A stretch of DNA of 64,000 bases from Octopus vulgaris (lineage: Eukaryota), in the NCBI GenBank assembly GCA_951406725.2, contig OX597822.1:76260001-76324000 (forward strand), written 5' to 3'. The notes below the pieces were generated by a model. It was not told the DNA's origin and searched no databases. It saw only the letters and a program-made list of their open reading frames with translations. Positions 54,702 through 64,000 of this stretch are shown piece by piece. Position 1 is the first letter of the stretch. The number at the start of each line of letters is the position of its first letter. Made by a program: the position numbers and the translations under genes.

Positions 54702-54927
54702 CGGTAATTTCTCGCCATATCGCGATTCACCCATCGCGGTTTATTGTTTAAGCTTACGTCGATTCTTCCGTGGCGTTGTTTTTCATTTATAATAAAATAA
54801 ATATGTACAAATTATAAAAATAATTTTTAAAATAAATAAACAGTACAAAGCTGTTTCTATTTCGCGGATTTTCACCTATCGTGGGAGGTTTTGGAACGTA
54901 ACATCCGCGATAGTCGAGGGATTGTTG
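54702..54927. mobile_element. pogo/Tigger-type MITE nested in an older repeat
   Basis: TIRs cggtaatttctcgccatatcgcg / cgcgatagtcgagggattgttg with TA TSD; the uninterrupted host repeat is at 24055-24230. Confidence 0.8.
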
Positions 54928-55041
54928 TACTTGTACCTTTGAACATAGAACCAGCGAACAGAAAAAATACGAGGGTGCCTGACCCTAGCAAATGACAACA
55001 GGAAAAGGTAGGGGTGACCAAGAAAATATATAACGTAAGAA

Positions 55042-55254
55042 GGCGGCGTTGGCAGACTTGTTAGCGGGCGAAATGCTTAGCGGTATTTCGTCTGTCGTTA
55101 CGTTCTGAGTTCAAATTCCGCCGAGGTCGACTTTACCTTTCATCCTTTCGGGGTCGATAAATAAAGTACCACTTTCGCACTGGGGTCGATGTAATCGACT
55201 TAATCCCTTTGTTTGTCCCCTCTATGTTTAGCCCCTTGTGGGCAATAAAGAATT
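55042..55254 (+). mobile_element. SINE family B with a 16-bp TSD
   Basis: atatataacgtaagaa at 55026-55041 and 55255-55270. Confidence 0.92.
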
Positions 55255-55639
55255 ATATATAACGTAAGAATTTTCGCTTCGAGTTTGTGTCAGCGAATCC
55301 ACCATCCGTTCCATTTGTAACGAACGTTATAATTCATTTATTAGTCTTTTTTTTTTCTTACGACATCCTCCCCCATGACAAACGTGGAAAGATGTACCAT
55401 ATGTGCCCGCGGTTTCGAATACAATTCAGTGTATCATTATTTGTTTTTATTTAACGTTTTGATTTGCAGTGGTAGGTGTGACAGCTGATGAGGGTATAAT
55501 TTATGTATTTGGTCAAATCGCAAATGCCTCCGCCCCAACGGTGTCCGATACGAAACACTGCTGACCCCGTCTTCAAGAGATATGGATTCGACTGTCAGTA
55601 CTTTTTCATCTGACCAATGCAATCTTACAGGCTCTAGAG

Positions 55640-55872
55640 CAATGTTTCCCAACCTATGTTCCTCCAGGCCCCACTATAACTTCCCAGAAAAATGTATACT
55701 CCATCGGTGGTTGGAAAAAAAGTATGGGTGTTGTATGTTTGCTGTGAAAAAAAGATTTCCACAATTCCATGTCCCACTAAGAGAAAAACCCAAAAATTTT
55801 GGATCCCATATCCCACCACAATTTTCCTCATGCCTCACTGGTGGGGCGTATGCCTTACGTTGGGAATCACTG
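55640..55872. mobile_element. hAT-like MITE
   Basis: TIRs caatgtttcccaac / gttgggaatcactg; 8-bp flanks ctctagag / ctcttggg. Confidence 0.72.
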
Positions 55873-55931
55873 CTCTTGGGTATACTAGACAATACTGTTT
55901 TCATTCAATAGGAAACTGAAAGAATCCCGTC

Positions 55932-56007
<76 letters not shown>

Positions 56008-56272
56008 ATATATTTATGTGTGTGTATGTATGTTTGTCCCTCCATCGCTTGACAACCGATCTTGGTGCGTTTATGTCACCGAAACTAGCGGTTCGGCAAA
56101 ATAGACCAATAGAATAAGTATTAGGCTTACAAATAATAAGTCCTGAAGTGGGGGAGATTTCTTCGACTAAAGCATGGCCGCAGTCAAATCACTGAAACGT
56201 GTAAAAGAGTAAAACACTAATACACATCTAAGCTACTTCATTAATAGTCAACCGTCCGTTCATTAGAACTAT

Positions 56273-56480
56273 ATCATGGATAGATCGCTAGCCACTAAAC
56301 CTGTTTCTATTTTCTCTCCCTGTTTATTTCTGTATTCCTTTCTGTCGAAGAGCACAGGCTCGAAACGTAAAAGACTTTCTCACTTCCCGAGCGTTAAACT
56401 AATACATATGTTTGTTGTTTACACACCCGTCTTCGTCTTTTGTTTTTTGTTTTTTTCTTTTTGTACATTCTCACTATATC
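56273..56480 (+). mobile_element. Hammerhead-bearing element family H
   Basis: cttt-CTGTCGAA-gagc acag gctc-GAAA-cg-TA-aaag at 56338-56373; actatatcatgga occurs at both ends. Confidence 0.78.
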
Positions 56481-58181
56481 ATGGACTGCTTCGATGCTAT
56501 CATCCACTCGAGACGTGGCCGATTTCTTCTTCATGCAGGATACTTTTAAGTCTGGTCAGACGCCCGGTTACTTCTTAATGCGTAATACTTTTACGACTAG
56601 ATTTGAAACAATTTTCGGAACATTTACTGACATTCGTAAGCAATAAATATTTTCTTTGAATTAATAAGAGCTTTCGAAAGGTTTTAGCCCTTGATATATT
56701 TTCGGCCTGGAGGAAAATGGGTCAGTCAAAATGCTACTCTCCATTATACCAAACAGTAAGGAGTGGCGCCAATGCTTAAAGTAATAACAATTTAATTAAG
56801 GTTTCAGGTTCAAGCCTACGATGTAGTCGTCAGAGGGCGCCAAGTACCGTGATGCGCGAGCAAGTAATTTTTCAACTCCATGAAAATGTTATAAGAATAT
56901 TGTGGCCAATTAATGACACACCCTCTAATATGTGTGTGTGCGTGTGTATGTGTGTGGAATAGAGTTATTATCTTAAGGCAAGTTTTAAAATAGTAACGGA
57001 ACATTTACAATTATTGATGGCGTGACAGTACTAGGAACTGAGTCAAATTGATAGTGAAACGAAGTTGATTGGAACTTCATTGTGTATTTATAGATGTGTA
57101 TGGGTGAGTGTGCGTGTATGAGTGCATGTCTGGGCGTGCGTTATTGAGAGACAGACAGACAGACAAACAAAGAGAGAGAGTGATTATAGTTTTAGGGGAA
57201 AAAATACTATAATACAAGATGGATATACAAGAGTGAATACCGAAGTAGAGTAATATCAACCATTTTACACGTTTATCTTATATATCAATATAAAATGTTA
57301 TTAAGAGAGAAAATAACGTAGTATAAACTCAGCTCTGATCGACACAGATATATGAAGACCAGCTGCGGTTCAAATACATATATTGGTATTGTTATTTATA
57401 GAAATCAATTAGAATGACATAACTCTTGTCTGTTGTTCGCAGACGGAGTTAAATTATATAGTTAGTTTCTTTAAACCGCGAATTGCCAATATTCCGTTCC
57501 GTGATGTTTAAGATTAGAATAATGATTTCAGATTTTGGTACAAGACAAGCAATATTAGGGGTAGAGGTTAATCAGTTACAATGACCCCAGTACTTGGCAG
57601 GTACTTTATTTCAACGATCTCGAAAGGAGGAAAATTTAATCCCAGTGGAATTTGAACTCAGAACGTAATGAGCATATAGTGACTACAGTATCTTGCCTAT
57701 GATGGGTTTTTATTTGTTTATTCGTTCATTCATTCATTTTGTGTGGACAGCCTTATTAAGTATGTTATCCAACGCAGTTGTTCAGCTTGTAAACTGTATT
57801 CCTGTTGTAAGCTCCATTACATTTATTACACCTTATATGGTATATACACCACGTAAGCCCATAAACAAATGTCCATATTGTTGATAAGGAAGTTAAGGAA
57901 GTTAACCGCGTGTGTACCTTGTTGCCAGGTGTGGGCTGATTTCCAGACAATCATTTTCTAATGAATGCCTAGCGTACTCCAGTTGTATATTTAATTCTCC
58001 TCGTGTATCACCTGGCAGAATACTGCAGTGATGCTATCATCAAATTGTAGCCGCTTCAGAAAGTAAATATTGTTGTTAGTGGTGAAAAACTTCTTTGGTA
58101 GTTTATTATTAAATCAGTGTCTGTGGAATGGATACTGAAAAGCGATTATCGTTATTCATTTGAGCTCTTTGGAAATAATTG

Positions 58182-58786
58182 GGAACTTTACCTTTTGACC
58201 GACAGATTTTAAAAATATTTTTTTTGTAATCAAACACTTTCAAACTTCGGACACTGGTAGAATGTGTCATATAAAACATCTTTTACTCTTCGCATTTTTG
58301 AGAAAACTTATATTTACGAAGTTATTTCTTGTTAAAGTTGGCCTCTTTCAGTAATTTCCACCAATCAGTGACGTGTATTCAGCTGAATAAAATTACTGCT
58401 GTTGTTTGTCAACAAGAACTTCCGGCGGTGTATATTTCATTTATTACTGTTATTTATGACAACCCTAACCCTAACACCTTAAAGCTAAAACCAGTACAAA
58501 CGCACGAACGATGTCATAACAGTGACAAACGAAAATTACTCCACCGATAGTTGTTATTGACAAACAACGGCAGTAATTTTATTCAGCTGAATACGTCATT
58601 GATTGGTTGAAATTACCGAAATAGGACAACTTTAATGTGAAATTACTTTATAAATATAAGTTTTTCTCAAAAATGCTAAGAGTAAAAGATGTTTTATTTG
58701 ACACATTCTACAAATGTCCAAAGTTTGAAAGTGTTTAGTTACAAAAAAATTATTTTTTAAATCTGTCGGTCAAAAGGTAAAGATCC
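58182..58786. mobile_element. Foldback element with ~240-bp inverted arms and a central telomere-like motif
   Basis: gga.ctttaccttttgaccgacagat... mirrored at the right end; aaccctaaccctaac at 58461-58475; diverged relative at about 60510-60695. Confidence 0.85.
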
Positions 58787-59136
58787 AATAATTGTAACTG
58801 GTTGGTGTTATCCCTTGGTTTGTTGATATATTTGCCACTCATACGGGTGGTTTACTTCTGTATGTAGGCAGCTTTCCTGTGGACATCAGCCTATTTAGAG
58901 TATATGAAGAGGAGACAGCGCAAGCGATGCTAGAGTTGGGCCTTGTGTGTTCTCGTTGATCTAAATATGTGGCAGCCAGCAAACGTGAAACATTTTACGC
59001 TTTAGCTACGGAAGTATAATGTCAGCAAAATAGAAGCAGATTTTGAATGTTATAGTTGCGACGCCAAAAGCAGAAAAAGGCGACGGAACATACGTGGATC
59101 AGAAGTTTGCGTGCATTATGACATACATACATACAT

Positions 59137-59375
59137 GTGAAGGCGGGTGGCCTAGTGGTTAGGCGGTTGGACTCATGATCACTAGATCGTGGGTTCGATT
59201 CCCTGATAGGACGATGTGTTGTGTTCTTGAACAAAACACTTCATATCACGTTGCTCTAGTCCCGCCTCTCGATCGAAAGTGAGGTAGCCTCATTTGAGGG
59301 CTAAACAAATGCAAAAGCACATTGTGACTAGCGATGTGCAACAACATTTGGTAGCTTGGTCAGTCAGGTGATTAC
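59137..59375 (+). mobile_element. SINE family D with an alternative tail
   Basis: tRNA head ggcctagtggttagg...ggttcgattccc, CORE-like tgttcttgaacaaaacactt; tail also found alone at 60240-60356. Confidence 0.75.
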
Positions 59376-59579
59376 ATACATACACACATATATACAGGCA
59401 TGCATGCATGCATTAAGTCTCTGTAACAAGATCCAAAACGTGTTTTCCTTATGATCCATTCTGGTTAAGCATCCAAATGCATCTAGAACATCCAATGCTG
59501 GATTCCAGATAACCGCAATGATAAAACTACGTAGGAACTAGTAATTCATTCTCACACACACGCACGATCAATGTTTTTT

Positions 59580-59790
59580 TTCTACTCTAGGTACAAGGCA
59601 TGAAATTTTGGGGGAGGGAGCGAGTCGATTAGATCGACCCCAGTACGCAACTGGTAACTAATTTATCGACACCGAAAGGAAGAAAGGCAAAGTCGACTTC
59701 GGCAGAGTTTGAACTCAGAAAGTAAAAACAGACGAAATACTGCTAAGCATTTCACCCGGCGTGCTAAAATTTCTGCCAGGTCGCCACCTT
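59580..59790 (-). mobile_element. SINE family B
   Basis: Complete reverse-strand copy. Confidence 0.85.
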
Positions 59791-60180
59791 CACACACGGT
59801 CAATGTTGACAGTCGACAAAAGGAGTACTCAAGAGCATTGTAAAGATTAAAGATATATTTTCATTTATATATTTTCCCAGTGAGTGTGCAGGGCCTTCAT
59901 GCATGTTACGACAGCAAGTTATGAGAGACATAACGTGCTTGAAAATCCTGTGAACACCCAAATGAAACTCAAAGTAGCAAGCGACTGTCTCGACCAAAAC
60001 AAGAGATATATGTTTATGTATCCTTTGGACCAATGCCATGCTGGAGCACAGCTTTGAACGGTTTCGGTCGATCATATGGGCGTCTGCAATTCTTTCAGTA
60101 GGAAATATATTTTATCGAATAACATATATCAGATCGGTAAACAACGGATTTGATATAAAGAAACACACTTCGAACAACGG

Positions 60181-60240
<60 letters not shown>

Positions 60241-61039
60241 CTGCTCGCTTAGCCAGGGTGTTGGCGTCATTTAAAGGCTAAAACAATGCGAAGCGCATTG
60301 TGACCAGCGATGTGTAGCAACATCTGATAGCCTGGTCGGTCACGGTGATCACGGTGGTATATATATATATATATATATTTTGTTTACAGGAAACGTTTTG
60401 AATATGCAAATTAAACTCCTATTCCATTATGCCGGGCACAGTCTAATGATGCTGACTGGCAAACTAGTTTTTGTGGTTGCATCAAACTGTACCGATATAA
60501 TGTCGGATAACGGATCTATTCCACCTCAATCACAGATTTTTTTAAATAAGTTTTTTTTTTCAACTAAACAGTTTGAAACTTCGAATACTGATGGAATTTC
60601 TCACGTAGAACACGGTTTACTTTGAACGCCTTTGACAAAATTTCGTATTTTAGAAGTTATTTCGGGTGACGGAACAGATCCAGGAATAGATCCATAATAA
60701 CAATAATCCTTGGATGGAATTTATAAAATCGATGCATTAAATGTTTATAACTTGCACCCCTCCCTTGTCAGCTAAATAAGACAGTGCTTTTGTTAGCTAT
60801 TGAGTTGTTTTGACTCTTATTTCTAGCAATACTGGTGGTCATTGGTGCACTTTCTTCCCTTTAGTGTCGTATATATTTCTACCTTTAGGTTGTAAAATTG
60901 CGAATTAACCCATCCATATTTTATAATAGTCTGTATTATCACACCTGTCTAATGAACGGTCACGTGGAACTCAGAGCCAGTTTGAGAGGTTTTTTCGGCT
61001 TAAAAAAAATAGTGTGTTTGTGTGTGTGTGTGGGGGGTG

Positions 61040-61097
<58 letters not shown>

Positions 61098-62634
61098 CGC
61101 GCGCGTGTGTGTGAAGTATACATACACACATACTCACACGCACTCGCACAACACATACAGTCGCAACTCTTGACCAAACCAAAAGAAAAAAACAAATAAT
61201 AAACCTTAGGAATAAAATAGGCAAGTACTGATTGATGGATGGTCCCTGTTCACCAAATGATAATGATGATGATGATGATGATGATGTTGGTGATAACGGC
61301 AGCAACAACAACAGCCATAATGAAATCTCGTAATTGATTCTAACGCGTTTAGTCTATGGAATAAATAAATATTTATCCTATTATTTTTGTCTGCATATAT
61401 CACAGAGTAAAGTGACAAACGAGGTTAGCGAGCCATGAAACATCGCAAGTCAGTCGATTGTCTTATCTGACAAGCACACCTTTTAACACGAAACTATGCA
61501 GGAGATCAGCTAATTGCTTGTTTCCTGCTTCGTTTCCCTTAGGTCTAAAGCAAATAAGAAAAATGCGTCATTAATTTTCGTCGCTGCCGAGGTCCTTTCT
61601 TTTGTTCGTTCGTCTTTTAGGAGTGGGTGGAAAGATTCACTTTCTATTTATTTATTTTTTTATTATTCTTTCCAAGGATTTCTTTGACAGGTGTGTGTAT
61701 GTGTGTGTAGGATGGGGTGGGGTGGTTTCTTGTTGTTGTTATTGCTGTTGTTGTTGTTAAAGCAAAAAAAAAAAAAACTGGCAGAATCGTTGCCGCAACA
61801 GACGACATTTCTTCGAGCTGTTTACGTTTACGTTCTCGGTTCAAATTCCGCTGAAGGCGAATTTGCGTTTCATCCTTTTGAGATCCGTAAAATTACTATC
61901 AGTGGAGCATTGGGGTTGATGTAATCGACTAGACCCCCTCCCCAAAAGTTTGTAGTGACGTTATACATCAGTGTGCGCGTGCGGATTTGGAGCCTTCTGC
62001 AAAGGCAGAAGGGAAGTGCCCTTTTCGGGCATGCGCAAAGACTGAAGAAAGGAAATGATGATGTGGCATTAGTTGACATTGTTGCAGACGTATTTTCTTC
62101 GCTGTCTCCGGACCCTAATATTTGACCAGCTCTGTTTTGCTACTGAACTTGTAAGATTCTTACAAGCGTTAAAGTTCAGCTTTGCCACATCCAGACCCAA
62201 GTGGATACCCATACACTACCTTATTTCTTTCTGTAGATAAGAAAATAAATAATATATATTTTTTAAGGTTGCGTTTGTGTTCTTTGACTGGTAGATTCTG
62301 GAAATTAAAAGAACGGAAACTGTGTTGCACCCGAGTTGCACCCCAAAAGTGTAAGAAGCAACTAATTCCCGTTACAAGTTTCAGGCCTTCTGCCAATATA
62401 AGAAAGGGCTATCGTTGTTGTTGTTGTTGTAAAGGTAGGGAGCTGACAGAATCGTTGGCACGCCGGACAAAATGCTAAGCGGCATTGCGTCCGTTTTGAC
62501 GTTCTGAATTCAAATTCCCCCAGGTTTCGATAAAATAATTACCAGTTGAGCACTGGGGTTGGTGTAATCGTCTTTGATCATCCACCGAAATTGCTGGCCT
62601 TGTGCCAAAATTCGAAACCATTATTATTGATGCT

Positions 62635-63144
62635 GTTGTTGTTGTTCTGCTTTCAATCAGGGCTCACGCCATTAGCCACAAAGAATAATCTCTAATTCGA
62701 GCCTACTCTAAGCTACTAAGAATGCGTGTGGCAACTTGAAAATCCACCCAACACACGCGATAGACTGGCGGTTGCACGGGCGCGAAAGCTACGTTGTTAT
62801 CCTAATTTCGTAAACGGTGGCTTTTAACGGGTGGAGAGCTGAACCATCCGGGGGTACAGAGGATTTGCAATCTAGACTAGGGTCTGAAAGTTTTACCACA
62901 CCATAGTGGGTTACACCATGGTTCCTCTGCTTTGTGGCAGAAGTAGGAAGAAAGAGTGAGAGAAAGTTGTGGTGAAATAGTACAGCGGGGTTCACCCCCA
63001 CCACCACCACCACCACCGCCGGAGCCTCGTGGAGCTTAGGTGTTTTTGCTCAATAAACACTCACAATGCCCGGTCTATGAATCGAAACCGCGTTCTTACG
63101 ACCACGAGTCCGCTGCCCTAATCCCTGGGCCATTGCGCCTCCAC
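62635..63144 (-). mobile_element. SINE family C, tail type 2, full length
   Basis: Head gtggaggcgcaatggcccagg...ggtttcgattc; body matches 40009-40460. Confidence 0.88.
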
Positions 63145-63304
63145 TGCTGTTGTTGTTTTTAAGGTAGCAATCTGGAAGAATCATCACCAGGCCAGACAAA
63201 ATGTTAAGCAGTATTTTCTCCGGCTGTTTACATTCTCGGTTCAAATTCTGGTCACGGTGATTTTCCTTGTCATCCTATTGGGATCGATGAAATAAATATC
63301 AGTA

Positions 63305-63366
<62 letters not shown>

Positions 63367-63861
63367 GTATGTATGTATGTATGTATATAGGGCTGGTCGT
63401 CCCGGGGCTACAGTAGAAGACATTTGCCTAAGATGCATTGCATTGGTATCGAACCCAAAACCACATGGCAGCAGAGCGAGCTTCTTAACCACACAGTCAT
63501 ATCTGCTCTACGCTTCTCATTTATTATACTGTTTTTTTTTTTCGTTTCTTTTTTTTTACTTTTATTTTTGTCTTTGAGACGCATTATTTGAACTTCCACG
63601 TTGTCCGTCTATAAACCATTATTCTGTTATGTTCTGAGTTTCGAAACCTTCGTCTTGGAATGTGTGCTTCCTTCTTTCACTCCGTATCTCTTCCCCTTTT
63701 ATGCTTTCCAAGCGTTTATCCGTCTTTCCCACACCCGAAGCAAAACTAACAAACATCCTGTTTACAGTAAGAAGATGTGAAATTTAGAAGGGTGACAGTT
63801 TAAAGGGAAACCCGGAAACTTTTTCGTATACTACACGTGTTTGCACACACACACACACACT

Positions 63862-63927
<66 letters not shown>

Positions 63928-64000
63928 TATTTAAACACTCTGCTACGTACATTAAAAAGCGATAAGGCTTCTCTTTCTTCCTCTTCCTGGTTCAATACAT

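Noticed and set aside
55486-55560. CTGATGA...GAAAC as a hammerhead
   Set aside because: No convincing stem III or UH site; the minus strand (WSDEKVLTVE) may be a Tc1/mariner relic but is too short to call

Overview
AT-rich, microsatellite-saturated eukaryotic DNA, most likely from an octopus or another coleoid cephalopod (inferred from the recurring tRNA-derived SINE families and the extreme (TA)n/(TG)n/(CATA)n load). Almost all supplied ORFs are translations of simple repeats or SINEs. The only credible host coding sequence is a signal-peptide-type first coding exon at 33329-33695 (+). The rest of the window downstream appears to be intron. The remainder is mobile DNA: at least four SINE families that share and swap modules, two Penelope-like GIY-YIG elements (one young, with a 235-bp inverted pseudo-LTR carrying a hammerhead ribozyme), three R4/Dong-type RLE LINE fragments, a non-autonomous Helitron, several hAT, Tc1/mariner and pogo-type MITEs, a 600-bp foldback element and several minisatellites. 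Three observations stand out. (1) A dispersed ~200-bp element family carries a minimal hammerhead ribozyme whose core consistently reads CUGUNGAA (A6U). (2) A discrete ~115-bp element embedded in (CATA)n tracts is homologous to the 3'UTR of the R4/Dong LINE, suggesting a microsatellite-targeting LINE and non-autonomous partner. (3) A full-length 5S rRNA copy is fused to the SINE 3' tail, making it a candidate 5S-derived SINE. Repeat boundaries are approximate, family names are recalled rather than searched, and only representative SINE copies are listed.
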